Assembly (NCBI RefSeq): GCF_006345805.1
Contig: NC_043003.1
Span: 95,108,001 to 95,172,000 of the forward strand
Reading direction: 5' to 3'
DNA: 64,000 nucleotides
From: Octopus sinensis
Lineage: Eukaryota
In this document: positions 14,440-28,023 of the stretch, in pieces
Position numbering within the stretch: the stretch's first letter is position 1
Layout: the number at the start of each line of letters is the position of its first letter
Position numbers and translations under genes: made by a program
Notes under the pieces: model-generated
What the model saw: the letters and a program-made list of their open reading frames with translations, nothing else
Database searches by the model: none
Told to the model about the DNA's origin: nothing

Positions 14440-14748
14440 GAGGCACAATGGCCCAATGGTTAGGGCAGCAGACTCGCGGTTGTAGGATCACAGTTTTGAT
14501 TCCTAGACCGGGTGTTGTGAGTGTCTATTGAGCAAAAACACCTAAAGCTCCACGAGGCTCTGGCAGGGGGTGGTGGCGATCCCTACTGTACTCTTTCACC
14601 ACAACTTTCTCTCACTCTTTCTTCTGTAGGCCAGCTCACTTAGCCAGCAAGGTGGCATTATTTGAAGGCTAAAACAATTTGAAGTGCATTGTGACCAGTG
14701 ATGTGTAGCAGCATCTGATAACCTGGTCAGTCACGGGGATGGCGGTGA
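14440..14748 (+). mobile_element. tRNA-derived SINE
   Basis: AGGCACAATGGCCCAATGGTTAGGGC (A-box-like)...TTTGATTCC (B-box-like)...GAGCAAAAACAC. Confidence 0.6.
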
Positions 14749-15163
14749 TATATACATATATATACATGTATATGTGTGTGTGTGTGTGTGTGTGTATATT
14801 ATATATATATATATATACATATATATATACAGAAAACAAAAGACGAAGACAGGTGAAGGAACAACAAGCAGATGTATTAGTTTAACTTGAGAAGAATGGA
14901 AAAGTCATTGACATTTTGAGCCTATGCTCTTCAACAGAAACTATTGAGAGCAAAACAATGGAGGGAGTAAAAAATGTGTAAGGATTAACGGTTCACATAA
15001 TGAAATATGCATATATATAATACAAACCTACATAGATATATACATACGCATATGATATGTGTATCTATCTATCTACCTGTCTGTCTGTCTTTCTGTCTAT
15101 CTGTCTGTCTATCTACCTACCTACCTATCTGTCTATCTATCTGTCTGTCTGTCTGTCTATCTA

Positions 15164-15256
<93 letters not shown>

Positions 15257-15260
15257 ATAT

Positions 15261-17092
15261 GGTTGAAAGGGAACACGGATTGATATGTATAAAGAAAATA
15301 AGACAAGCTAGAAAATGCTAAAATAATTTTATCATGAAGAATATTTTAGTACTGGTTTCAGTCTTTGTGACTTTTTCCACTGAGAGTAAAGCATGGAAAA
15401 CAAATTAAATTGTGGAAAAACTAAATGAAATGTTTTTAAAAAATATTTCCGTATTTCCTTTTTTCAGTCTTTCTCTGTCTCCCTTTTTTTACTCTTGTGA
15501 GTTCTAGCAGCAGTTAGTAGTAGTTTGATAGGAATTATTGTCTTTGATTGTTTAAGTAGCAGTATTAGGAGGTAGTGAAGAAGAAGAAGGAGGAGAAGGA
15601 GGAGGAGGAGAAGAAGAAGAAGAAGAAGAAGAATGTGGGAGTGGTATGACAGTAGCAGGATGTTGGTAGAATCCTCTTAAATGCTCAAGTGACTTAAAAG
15701 TGACCCGTTGTAGTTAGAACTACCCACCATCACTAATCAATATATGCTTTCAATGTACCCTACAACTCAACATGCACGATCTCAGACATCCCAAATTAAA
15801 GAAGGATTTACAGAAGACCTAACTGGTATATACGTCATCCTAATTGAGGGATCTGAGTTCTCTTTCAAATAGGGTCAATGTTTCACAGTGGAAAGCAACT
15901 TCACATGTGCTTCAGAGAACCTGATATATGTGTTAACCTGCTCTGAGTGTCGTGAGAAATACATAGGCCAAACCAAAACCAGTCTACATCAAAGGATGGC
16001 TCTGCACAGATCCCAGATCAAAATTCTGAAAAACAGAAAAATAGCATTCAGCAAAAACATTCGACATTTGCAGCAATAACAAAAAACCCAGCTTCAGAAT
16101 TTTCCCCCTCTATCAATTCAGGGATGATACAACCTGTAGTCAGCGTATTAATAAAGAGCCATTCTTCATCACAAAATATAAACCCCTTTTGAATGCATCC
16201 ACCACAAATGACTTTTTCACCAGGGCCTTAGAATAACACACATGAAAATATTAAAAATGATATGTTCAAAAGAGTTACTTCACATAAATTTATTCAGAAC
16301 AATTACAATCACTACTATTCCAACCACAACAAGTCACTTTTAGGTCATTTGACCATATAAGAGGATTTCACCAACATCCTGTTACTGTCATACCACTCCT
16401 GCATTCTTCTTCTTCTTCTTCTTCTTCTTCTTCTTCTTCTTCTTCTTCTTCTTCTTCTCTTCTTCTTCACCACCTCATTTATCTACTACTACTGTAAAAG
16501 CACCATCTAAATATGGTCGATGCCAGCCCCTCTGGCTCCCATGCTGGTGGCACGTAAAAGCACCATTCAAGCATGGTCGATGCCAGTCCCCTCAGGCCCC
16601 TATGCTAGTGGCATGTAAAAAGTACCGACTACATTCTCGGAGTGGTTGGTATTAGGAAGGGCATCCAGCTGTAGAAACACTGCCAGATCAGTTTGGATCC
16701 TGGTGCAGCATCTTGGCTTCTCAGACCACCAGTTGAACTGTCCAACCCATACCAGCATGTAAAACGGACGTTAAACGCTGATGATGATGATGATAATGGT
16801 GATGACTGCTGCTTAAACAATCAAAGACAATAATTCCTATCAAACTACTACTAGCTGCTGCTAGAACTCACAAGAGTAAAAAAGAGAGACAGAGACAGAT
16901 TGAAAAATGGAAAACGTTCCTTGCATTTGAAACCTATGGAAATATCTTTAAAAAACATATTTAGTTTTTCCACAATTTAATTGTTTTTCATGTTTTACTC
17001 TAAGTTGAAAAAGTCGCCAAGACTGAAACCGGTTCTAAAATGTTCTTCATGATAAAATTAGTTTAGCATTTTCTACCTTGTCTTATTTTCCT

Positions 17093-17095
<3 letters not shown>
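15261..17095 (+). mobile_element. Penelope-like element relic: GIY-YIG remnant flanked by inverted pLTR copies
   Basis: 15718-16210 is homologous to 35131-35845 with an internal deletion (ESNFTCASENLIYVLTCSECREKYIGQTKTSLHQRMALHRSQI). About 15296-15712 is inverted relative to 16320-17092, which is interrupted by an RTE tail at ~16495-16805. (TA)n on both sides. Confidence 0.85.
17001..17038 (+). ncRNA. Minimal type-I hammerhead-like motif, U3-A8 core variant
   Basis: AG-TTGAAAA-AGTC-GCCAA-GACT-GAAA-CCGG-TT-CT; stem I is weak; decayed inverted copy at 15347-15384. Confidence 0.5.
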
Positions 17096-17130
<35 letters not shown>

Positions 17131-17138
17131 TATATAAT

Positions 17139-17180
<42 letters not shown>

Positions 17181-17184
<4 letters not shown>

Positions 17185-17401
17185 TCATCATCATCATCAT
17201 CATTTAACGTCCGCCTTCCATGCTAGCATGGGTTGGACGGTTCAACTGGGGTCTGGGGAGCCCGAAAGCTGCACCAGTCCAGTCAGATCTGGCAGTGTTT
17301 CTACAGCTGGATGCCCTTCCTAACGCCAACCACTCCGAGAGTGTAGTGGGTGATTTTATGTGCCACCGACACAGGTGCCAGACGAGGCTGACAAACGGCC
17401 A
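17181..17401 (-). mobile_element. RTE LINE 3' tail / RTE-tail SINE with (GAT)n end
   Basis: (CAT)n-TTAACGTCCGC..TTCCATGCTAGCATGGGTTGGAC..CAGCTGGATGCCCTTCCTAACGCCAACC; same tail as the RT-bearing copies at 36955-38083 and 60903-62070. Confidence 0.8.
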
Positions 17402-17683
17402 ATATATACATACATATATATATATATATATATACATATATTTATATATACATATATATATACACAGATATATATATAAATATATATATATAGATAGATA
17501 CACATATATACAAATACATATATACATATGTGTATGTGTGTGTATGATAAATTCAACAAACAAAGTTTGCTTTAGAAGCATTGATGTGTATTGAAAGATA
17601 CAGATAAGGAAATAATTTTATTCTCAAATGCAGAATAATAAAATTATTTCCTTATCTGTATGTAATATATATATATAAATATG

Positions 17684-17760
<77 letters not shown>

Positions 17761-18144
17761 CACACTCATACATACATACATATATATAAATATATATATA
17801 TATATTTATATTCACACACAGACATACACACAGATATGTATGTGTGTATGTGTATATATGTATATATTCACACATGTGTTTGTATATATGATATCCACAC
17901 ACATTTACATACACATGTATATGTCTACGTAACAATCTATCTTTCACTCACTGTGATTGACCGTCTGTATTTGTTGGTGCTATACATAGGTATATACATG
18001 CATAATATAATTAATTTTTCTGTGAGATTACTGAGAACTCATCCCTAACATGGTTGTGATTGTATCAGAATAAGTAGCCCTTCTCTTCAGATTCAGAAAT
18101 AGTCCACTAACCATCAATTTTTTCTACTCTAGAATGCTTATCTA

Positions 18145-18378
18145 TTTCTTTATTACCCACAAGGGGCTAAACATAGAGGGGACAAACAAAGACAGACATA
18201 GGTATTAAGTCAATTACATCGACCCCAGTGCGTAACTGGTACTTAATTTATCGACCCTGAAAGGATGAAAGGTAAAGTCGACATCGGCGGTATTTGAACT
18301 CACAACATAACGGCAGTCGAAATACCGCTAAGTATTTCGCCCGGCGTGCTAACGTTTCTGCCAGCTCTCCGCCTTACA
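18145..18378 (-). mobile_element. SINE family B, full length with TSD
   Basis: Reverse complement of GGCGGAGAGCTGGCAGAAACGTTAGC...CCCCTTGTGGGTAATAAAGAAATAG; TSD AATGCTTATCTA at 18133-18144 and 18379-18390. Confidence 0.85.
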
Positions 18379-18390
18379 ATGCTTATCTAA

Positions 18391-18705
18391 GGCCTGAAGT
18401 TGAGTACTGTTCTCACATCTGTGAGAGTGCAGCTACTGCTCACTCTGACATACTAGACCTTATCCAGAAATAGGCCTTCCACCCATGAAGCATAGCTAGA
18501 GATAAGGACTGATCCGCTTCAGGCAACACTTTTGGGCCTGTTGTATAAATATGCCTTTATGGGGACAAACTCAAGTGTTACCATGGGTATCACACTCTAG
18601 CTATGTCACTGCTGCCAAAGTCAAAGAAAGCATTAAGATAAATCCCTAATGTGCAGGTTTGTGACTTGTGTCATCTCTCAAGTCGTCAATCTGCATATGT
18701 TACCT
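18391..18705 (+). mobile_element. Old non-LTR retrotransposon RT C-terminal relic (CR1/L2/I-like)
   Basis: AGGCCTGAAGTTGAGTACTGTTCTCACATCTG translates RPEVEYCSHIC, resembling the RPxLEYCSxVW motif. Confidence 0.4.
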
Positions 18706-18710
18706 CACAC

Positions 18711-18935
18711 CTATTTCTTTACTACCCACAAGGGGCTAAACACAAAGAGGACAAACAAGGACAGACAAACGGATTAAGTCGATTATATCGACCCCAGTGC
18801 GTAACTGGTACTTATTTAACTGACCCCGAAAGGATGAAAGGCAAAGTCGACCTCGGCGGAATTTGAACTCAGAACGTAACGGCAGACGAAATACCGCTAA
18901 GCATTTCGCCCAGCGTGCTGACGTTTCTGCCAGCA
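18711..18935 (-). mobile_element. SINE family B
   Basis: High identity to 18145-18378 and 62503-62736. Confidence 0.85.
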
Positions 18936-20950
18936 CACACCAATCATCAAAGAACCTTGTAAGAACAGTATGGATAAAGCTGGTTATTTTGTGTTATTCT
19001 TAATAAATACCTCACAGAAATATTAGTGACAGATGAATACTGCTCTCTAAGTTTCAGCTTTTGTGATTTTGACGACTAATGATAAAGGTAATTTATGATG
19101 TGGATTGTTGATAATACAAGTTGTTACTAGTGTTGCAAATAGCTTGGTTGCTTGGATAATGGAGAAATAATGATATATTTTGCTGGCTGCATGAATAATA
19201 ACTGTAGCAACTCATGAACATTTAGCTGAATATTTAGTACTGGACATAAAGATATTTGGTGTTGGCTATTTACAATGAACAATATTAATAATTGCTGCCT
19301 GAGAGAGAGAGAGACAGACTACTCTGAAATTATAGAAAGCTATCTGTATGACAACATGTGGTTGGTCCAAAAATATACTAAGTCAACTGCTCAAATCTCT
19401 ATGGTGACAGATGTCCTTGACCGGCTGAGATGGCAAAAATAAAGGCACATATTGCTCAGCCTTCTTCAACATTCTATGTTTAAAAAGTGCCAAAAGCGGT
19501 CTTTTACAGGAAACAAGAAGAACATTTCAGAAGACCATATCATGCTACAATCTCACACTGATAGGTCACAAAACGGACCAATTATGTGATACAAGCCAAA
19601 TTGCATGTGGATACAATAGTTGTTGTAACAGCTATATTTTTCAGTCAAAATGGAACGAAAATTAATAATGATAGAAAAAAATTTTTAATAGTGAAACAGA
19701 ATACACACACATCCACACACATTTGTATATATATTTATATACATATACACACATACAAACACATTTATAGAGAAGCAAAGAAAAAGAGAAAACAGTTTTT
19801 CTTTCAAATATATTGTATTAAAGACATTACTATGATCAAATTCAAGTTTAAACTAGTGTTTATTAAGGATATTTTTATGTATACCTAACAGGATATATAA
19901 TTCCTGTATTGATAACTTTATCAGTTATAACACTGTTTTCATAATACTTGGAGACTTCCTGCAAAATACACAACTTACCCTCTCCCCCAAACTTGCTGTC
20001 CTTCTGCCAAAATTTGAAACCAATATTATATATCATATCATATATGCTGTGTCTTGGACCTTCAACAACTTGATGGAAGCCATAGCAGCTCTACTAGGCT
20101 GAATCAGAGAAAAAGAGGAAGGAAGGAAGAAAAGAAGAAAGAAAGAAAGAAAGAAAGATGTGAAGAATCTGTCCTAACACAGACTGGTACTTTATTTATT
20201 TATCAATAACCCCAACTTCCTCCCACTCCACAAAATAAAAAAATAAAAACACAAACAGCAAAGTGACTTCAGGTAGGATTTGAAACCAAAACACAAAGAT
20301 CATGAATAACCACTTCAAAGCAATCTATCCGATGTTCTGAAGATTTCACCAAATATTTATTTAGGTTTTCTTTTTCCCCCATGCCACAAAGTTTTTATGG
20401 TAACGAGGATAAAACTGACATATATGCTGAAACTTTGTTATATTTTCTCAGGTCAAAATAAAGATACACTTGACTCTTTCCCTCTTCAATGAAATTTTAT
20501 TTCTATTATAACTCTTAATGATAATATTTCTCATGTCCAACAATATTTAACTTCATTTGATTGTTTCTTTACAAATATTTGATGACAACTTTTGCATTCC
20601 TAGATTGCAGTTTCTTTCATTTATAAAACTCCTATAGAAGACACAACTTCCTTGAAATGAGATAAGAAAGGAGAAAAGGAGACATTTCAGCATTTTACAT
20701 GGCTTCGGCAAATCAATGTTGTGGTTTAATAACTTTTGTTTACTATGACAGATACAGAGATGGTTTTTACTTTTCTAATATGTCTGTGATGTGTGAATGC
20801 ATAAAATATATACAAAATCAAACACACACACACACACACACACACACATACTTACGCACGTATAATATATATATATATATACTTAGGCATATATATACAT
20901 ATATACTTATACATATATAATATATATATACACACACATACTTATGGATG

Positions 20951-21032
<82 letters not shown>

Positions 21033-21082
21033 TATATAAGTATATATATATAAGTATATATATATATAAGTATATATATATA

Positions 21083-21115
<33 letters not shown>

Positions 21116-21656
21116 CTATATATATATAATATATATATATACATACACACACACACATGTATTAGCATATGCATGTATGTATGTAATTGTGAAAATAAAC
21201 TGCTTTTACTTTAGTGAAGCAAAATTCAACAACGTTGGCTTCTATGAAACAAGTGTTGTTGTTGCTGTTGATGATGATAATGATGATGATGATGATGATG
21301 ATGATATATATATAAATATATGTATGTATATGCAGACACACATATATTTATATAGACATAAAATAGGTGTATATGTATGCGTGTCCATATATTTGCATGA
21401 GAAATAAATGTTAAAAGAAGTACAATAAAATAAACATTAATTAAAATAAGATTTAAGCTGAAGATATAAAACATGAAAGATTTCTGGCTGGTTGAGTTAG
21501 GGCACATCATAATCTTGTTTACTTAACCAGTCCTCAAACCCTGTTTGGGTTTGACTAAATGCACCAGGAAGCATTTTTGAAACATTTGATTTTGAAAAAT
21601 ATCAATATCTTGAGGGTATTCTCTTTTTAATTTTGGGAAAATGTTTTAATTTTAAT

Positions 21657-21914
21657 CAATAATAAATCTCTGAACGAGGTATAAACAGTAACTGCACGAC
21701 AATGTGAGGTGATAACAGGTAAAAACCTAGAAACTGCAGTCCGTGCGTATCACATAGGTTGACGAGGGAAGGGTGACCTCCCTTTGCAAATACCATAAGG
21801 GCCCAGAAAGTGTGCCTAAAGCCAGCTGGAGGAGAAGTTCTCTTGGGGCTACAAGCTACAGTAACACCCACCTTTAGTGGTTAGCCATATTGAGATGGCA
21901 AGTATACCTCACAT
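21657..21914. mobile_element. Unclassified 258-bp insertion with 15-bp TSD
   Basis: Exact direct repeat TGTTTTAATTTTAAT at 21642-21656 and 21915-21929 flanks a GC-richer block. Confidence 0.55.
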
Positions 21915-22240
21915 TGTTTTAATTTTAATTATAGTAGTAATCTATCTTTTTCGTGTTGTTTATATTCTGAATATAACTGTTTTTGTGACATCATTGTGTT
22001 TTCACAAAGTCTGTGGCACCATAGAAGCATAATTTTGTAAAGTAACTGCTTGTTTGATTTTTAAAGAATAGGGGGTCTCACTACAGTTTGACTTGGTTTT
22101 GTAGCACTCATTATTGAAACTTGGATCATAGACCTAGATTTTGCTAGTGACACAGTTGCATTTGCTGAGTTTCTGGATGTCTTAAGGAGTGCTGTCCTTT
22201 CACTGAATAAGGAAGCGGAACCACTTAGCCTTAGGGTGTT

Positions 22241-22301
22241 TGGCAAGAGTGCTTAGCAAGAGTGCTTGGCAAGAGTGCTTGGCAAGTTTGCTTGGTAAGA
22301 G
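22241..22301. repeat. 13-bp tandem repeat (TTGGCAAGAGTGC) x~4.5
   Basis: Directly visible. Confidence 0.85.
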
Positions 22302-22710
22302 ATGAGTTTTGTTCTTTTTGGATGCCATCAGATTTTAGTGCTGAACTCCTTAAATTCAAAAAAAAGGATGCGATTCTCAAGGACACTTGAGATGGTGTTC
22401 TAAGTGATGGTGTGATCTGCTACAAGCCAATTGGACAATAAATACAGAGTTTACTAAAAGAATTCATGTCTCAACTTTGACTCACTCATGATAGTTAACT
22501 GATAATTCAGAATAACGAGTTCAAATCCAAGGATCCACTACACCTTGAAGCATTTATTCTTTCAGAAAATTACTCTGTATCAAAAATTTTATGTAAGAGA
22601 ATGTTTGTGAAGGATATCATTCAGTTCTTCAAATCTATACTTGACATCATATGTACATGTGTAACTATTGTTTTTGTTGTTGATATTATCACTTGGTGTA
22701 TTTAAACTTA

Positions 22711-22941
22711 CTCTTACTCTTTTACTCTTTTACTTGTTTCAGTCATTTGACTGCGGCCATGCTGGAGCATTGCCTTTAGTCGAGCAAATCGACCCTGGGA
22801 CTTATTCTGTGTAAGCCCAGTTTTTATACTATCGGTCTCTTTTACCGAACCACTAAGTGACGGGAATGTAAACACACCAGCATCGGTTGTCAAGCAATGC
22901 TAGGAGGACAAACACAGATACACAAACACACACACACATAC

Positions 22942-23002
<61 letters not shown>

Positions 23003-23147
23003 TACGACAGGCCTCTTTCAGTTTCCGTCAACCAAATCCACTCACAAGGCATTGGTCAGCCCGGGGCTATAGCAGAAGACACTTGCCCAAGATGCCACAC
23101 AGTGGGACTGAACCCGGAACCATGTGGTTGGTTAGCAAGCCACTCCT
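22711..23147 (-). mobile_element. SINE family A (tRNA head, central microsatellite, (AAAGAGT)n tail)
   Basis: Reverse complement of the 27606-28023 sequence. Confidence 0.85.
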
Positions 23148-23384
23148 GCACCTTGTCGTTAAAATATTAAGGTTTTGTTTTTGTCCATGCTGACTATTAA
23201 TATTTTGCATCGCAATTAAAATACTTGTTTTCTGTGTGTGAAATAATGTTATTTTATACATTTTCAATTTTATTTTTGTGAGTGAGGCATAAAACATTCA
23301 TAGACGTGTCTTGTATGTCGATAATGTGAAGCCTAAAACGAACTTCGTCCATATATAACAACACAAAGATTATTTATTTATATC

Positions 23385-24150
23385 TCAGCTGCAGTGATGG
23401 TTCTGGGAGTTGTGAGCAATGATGGAGATGTCATGCCTCCTCACAGTTTTCACAGGGCTTAAGAGTCAATGCTGCTGTGCACACAGAAGTGTTGGAGAAA
23501 ACTGTGAGGCCCTGGACAGAGAGTACACTATTGAAGATTGTACATCTTCCATGCACCATCTCATAAGGCTAAGTTATTTTCTTCTAATTTGTGTATAGTT
23601 GACTTTAAAATGGATATTCAGAAATTGATTAAATGAAGTGCAGCAAATACATAAATAGATATATTTATTTGTTATTTCTGCAAGCTGGACCTGTTCAACT
23701 CATCTAATTTTCTTTTTCTCATCCCATTGTCTTTTCCTCTTCAGGGATACAAGGATATCTTACTATCAGAAAGGAGTGATGGTGGGGAGGGTAAGAAAAT
23801 GAATTGGGGAATAAATGATACAACAACATTTATATAATTAAACAATGGGAAAGAAATAAACTTCCTTCTGAATCAGTGTGGATGCATGCCAATCTCCATA
23901 ATCATGTTCTTCCAGATACATGGCCTCCTAGCCCACCAAACCCCAATCCACTGCACTTATACTTTTGGGGCGTAGTTGAGAGAGAGAGAGGGAGGGTTAA
24001 TCAACACCCCATAATACCATAGAATCTTTCAAGGCTGCCATAACTAGCATATGTCCAAAATTGATGATAATCATCTGATTCAGGCATGTCAATGCTTCTA
24101 ACTCCACTTTGAAGCAGCCATTGATGTTAACGGTGGATTTATTGAATAGG
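23385..24150 (+). mobile_element. Degraded Tc1/mariner (maT/DD37D-like) transposase fragments
   Basis: VMVLGVVSNDGDVMPPHSF at ~23394 and WPPSPPNPNPLHLYFWG at ~23921; homologous to 48900-49540. Confidence 0.6.
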
Positions 24151-24479
24151 TGTGATAAAAGGATTCTTAAGATTATTTGTACCGTTCTACTTTCAAAGAA
24201 AGCTTTTCTTTGATAAGCTTTGCATTTTTTCTAAATTCATTCAAATGACCTCAAGAAACTGATGTACCCTATATTTCCACCCTTTTCAATATTTTCTTTC
24301 AGGTAGAGACCCTTCTTTCCATCATTTTGGCACAGTAAGCTATAGACCAATTTTTAGCTTGATTTTTCAGCCTCTTCACATTTCATGTTGTTTTTTTCTT
24401 TCTCTCTTCAACACTTTGTCACTTCAGTCTTTACTTTGTCTGTTGACTTCCAAAAAGACAAAGAACAGTATTTTGCATA

Positions 24480-24960
24480 ATTCGTGTGTTGAAGCTATTT
24501 GACTGCATTGGTTTGGACATGTAATGCAGATGGATGCCAACAGCTCCATAAAGTGCTGATATTTCAAAGGGGATGGAACTTGTGGAAGAGGGAGACCCAG
24601 GAAGACATGGGACAAAATATTGAATGACAACCTCAAGACACTGGACCTTTCAGACAAGATGACAAAGGATCAAGGTACCTGGCAGCTTGCTGTACTCAAG
24701 AAGACCCATCCTCTGCAGGAGAAGTGTAAAGGCCACTCCCCATGTGCCATGTAAAAACCACTCATACTGGTGCCATGCGAAAGCTGCCACATTAAAAGCA
24801 CCAAGTACACACCGTAAAGTGGTTGGCATTAGGAAGTGCACCCAGCCATAAAAACCAAGCCAAATCAGACTGGAACCTGGTGCAGCTCTCTGGCTTACCA
24901 TTTATGATCAAACCATCAAATCTATGCCAGCATAGAAAGTGGACATTGAACGATGGTGGT
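24480..24960 (+). mobile_element. RTE LINE 3' fragment, degraded
   Basis: Encodes WFGHVMQM..GTCGRGRPRKTW; followed by the RTE tail and GAT-rich end. Confidence 0.75.
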
Positions 24961-25622
24961 CGTAGTGGTGACGACGACAATGATGACGATGACAACGATG
25001 ATGATGAGGAGGAGGAGGAAGAGGAGGCGGTGGAGGAGGAGATATTTTTGTAATTCCACTGTGGATATTTTACAATAGCTTTCTCATTGCATTAAACCTT
25101 TTCACCTGATATTCACAGGAATTCTAACCTCATCAGATTTTTGGTAGGTTATTCAATTCTTGCCTTTTTTTTTTCTTCAGTATCCAGCTAGGAATAATTA
25201 TAACGAGGACAGCTAGAGTACTGGTGACTATTCCCTTATTTTTTTACATTTAGATCTATTTTTAGTGTTAATCTAACTTGTCTAAAATATGCCTTCCTAC
25301 TAAATATTTTTTTCCATTTTTATGTATGTTGTACTCTACATTATTTATTCCTGAGTATTTGTAATCTGTGATTTTCTGGATTCTCTTATCTCTGTCTTTG
25401 CATTTTGTAGTCTAACATGATATAAGTATTCTTAATTAAATTTCCTATCTTCAAATATGCCTTAACACATTTTCCTAATCTCAATCTCACATCTACTATT
25501 TAGTAAATTTATGCGTTAACTCTACCAGTGTATCATACTATTATTATTGTTATTATTGTTGTAGCAGTTGTTGATGTTGTTGCTGTCATTGTTGTTGTTA
25601 TTATTATTATTGTTATTATTAC

Positions 25623-25688
<66 letters not shown>

Positions 25689-25692
25689 CATT

Positions 25693-26550
25693 GTTAGCAC
25701 TCTGGGCAAAATGATTAAAGGCATTTTGCCTGGCTTTACGTTCTGAGTTCAAATTCCGCTGAGGTCAATTTTGCCTTTCATCTTTTTGGGGTCGATAAAA
25801 TAAGTACTAGTTGAACATGGGGGTCAAATGTAATCATTTTACCCCTTCCATGGAATTGCTGGCCTTGCGCCAAAATTTGAAATCATCATCATCTTCATCA
25901 TCAGCATTATCATCATCATCCTGGCAGAATTGTTAGCGCACTGGGCAAAATGCTTAGCAGCATTTCGTATGTCTTTATGTTCTGAGTTCAAATTCTGCCG
26001 AGGTTGATTTTGCTTTTCATCCTTTTGGGGTTGATAAATTAAATACCAGTCAAGTCCTGGGATTGATGTGATCAATTGTCTCCCTCCCCACAAAAATCCA
26101 GGCCTTTTGCCTATACTAGAATAGCTTATCGTTATTACTGTTATTATTAAAAGCAGTGAGCTGGCAGAATTGTTAGCCCGCTGGATGAAATGCTTAGCAG
26201 TATTTTGGCTGTCGCTATGTTCTGAGTTCAAATTCCATTGAGATCAACTTTGTCTTTTATCCTTTCTGGGTCGATAAATTAAGTAGTCCCCTCCCCTCAA
26301 TTTCAGGCCTTGTGCCTACAGTAGAAAGGATTATTACCATTATTATTATTACCAAGCATGTGAACTGGTAGAATCATTAGAGCATTCGACAAAATGCTTT
26401 TTATGTTCTGAGTTCAAATATTGCCTAAGTTGACTTTGCCTTTCATCCTTTCGGGGTTGATAAAGTGAAGTACCATTTGAGCTCTAGGGTTGATGCAATA
26501 TACTTATGCAACCCTTCAATATTGCTGGCCTTCTACCAAAACTAGAAATC
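25693..26550 (+). mobile_element. Head-to-tail array of ~4 SINE family B-like units
   Basis: Units begin ~25693, 25921, 26153 and 26355; each contains TTCTGAGTTCAAAT..CCTTT..GGGT[CT]GATAAA; linkers are (ATT)n/(CAT)n. Confidence 0.75.
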
Positions 26551-26767
26551 ATTATTATTATTATCACCATCATAATCATTATCATAATCATTTTTGCTAA
26601 TATCGATGTCATATCATCAACATCATTCACACTGTTACCATCATTGTTATTGCCATTACTGTCATCATCATCATTATCATAACCATCACTATCATAAAAT
26701 TCCTCAGTGAATATATCAATTCACCCATATCTTATATGAGAAGAAATTTGCAAAGAATGCATCCAAA

Positions 26768-27071
26768 TCTCTATATATAAAACTGAAGTTGTGTGAGAGT
26801 CTGTCTCCTCCGATTTAGATTCATAACTATTCCCACATTTTGTGGTGCAGTTTAACCAAAAGTGGGTATCTTATAGTCGTGATTCATATCGAGCCCATCT
26901 GGGTATTAGCGCACGTCTACGATGAGTCTATGATTTAAAAAAAAATTTACCATCATTTTTTCGTTTTTCAATGCATTTTTTGCTCGGTTTATATAAGGGA
27001 AGTAACTCTTTAAAAATGCTTATATAGTTATTTCCCTTACAAATCCGAGCAACGCCGGGCGATACTGCTAG
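26768..27071 (+). mobile_element. Non-autonomous Helitron
   Basis: A|TC 5' end, 3' hairpin CCGAGCAACGCCGGG, CTAG|T end; copies at 42735-43129 and 63473-63756. Confidence 0.85.
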
Positions 27072-27605
27072 TATAGAATGTAATAGCTTTCCACTACATG
27101 TGGTATGCCCTTGGTGGTTAACTATCATAGAAGAGACATCCCTTCTTTGATTATGTAAAGACAGATTCGGAAGTTTAAATCAAAGTTTAACTCAAATAAA
27201 TCAATCCCAGTACTTATTCTACTGTTTTTTTTTTTTTGCTAAGCCATTAAATTATAGGGACATAAACATACCAACACTGCTTGTCAAGTGGCGCCAAGAG
27301 ACAAATGTGCACACACACACACACACATGTATACAATGGGTTTCTTTCAGTTTCCATATATCAAATACACTCACAAGGCTTTGGTCAGCTGGAGGCTATA
27401 ATAGAAAATATGTACCCAATGTGCTGCACAATGGGACTGAACCCAGAGCCATGTGGTTGGGAACAATCTTGTTACCACCCAGCCATGTCTGTGCCTGAAG
27501 CAAATAAATTATTCTAAATTAAACAAGGCTACACAATTTTTATATAGAAAAAAAACTTTGCAATTTAAGACGTATTCATAGAGTCTTTATTTTATTTTCA
27601 TCATA

Positions 27606-28023
27606 GGCGCAGGAGTGGCTGTGTGGTAAGTAGCTTGCTTACCAACTACATGGTTCCGGGTTCAGTCCCACTGTGTGGCATCTTGGGCAAGTGTCTTCTG
27701 CTGTAGCCCCAGGCCAACCAATGCCTTATGAGTGGATTTGGGAGACGGAAACTGAAAGAAGCCTGTCGTATATATGTATATATATTTATATATATGTATA
27801 TGTGTGTATATGTTTGTGTGTCTGTGTTTGTCCCCCTAGCATTGCTTGACAACCGATGCTGGTGTGTTTACATCCCCGTCACTTAGCGGTTTGGCAAAAC
27901 AGACCGATAGGATAAGTACTGGGCTTACAAAGAATAAGTCCTGGGGTCGATTTGCTCGACTAAAGGCGGTGCTCCGGCATGGCCGCAGTCAAATGACTGA
28001 AACAAGTAAAAGAGTAAAAGAGA
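27606..28023 (+). mobile_element. SINE family A
   Basis: GGCGCAGGAGTGGCTGTGTGGTAAG (A box)...GGTTCAGTCCC (B box)...GACTGAAACAAGTAAAAGAGTAAAAGAG tail. Confidence 0.9.

Noticed and set aside
27606-27680. tRNA gene
   Set aside because: A/B boxes belong to SINE heads; no complete cloverleaf
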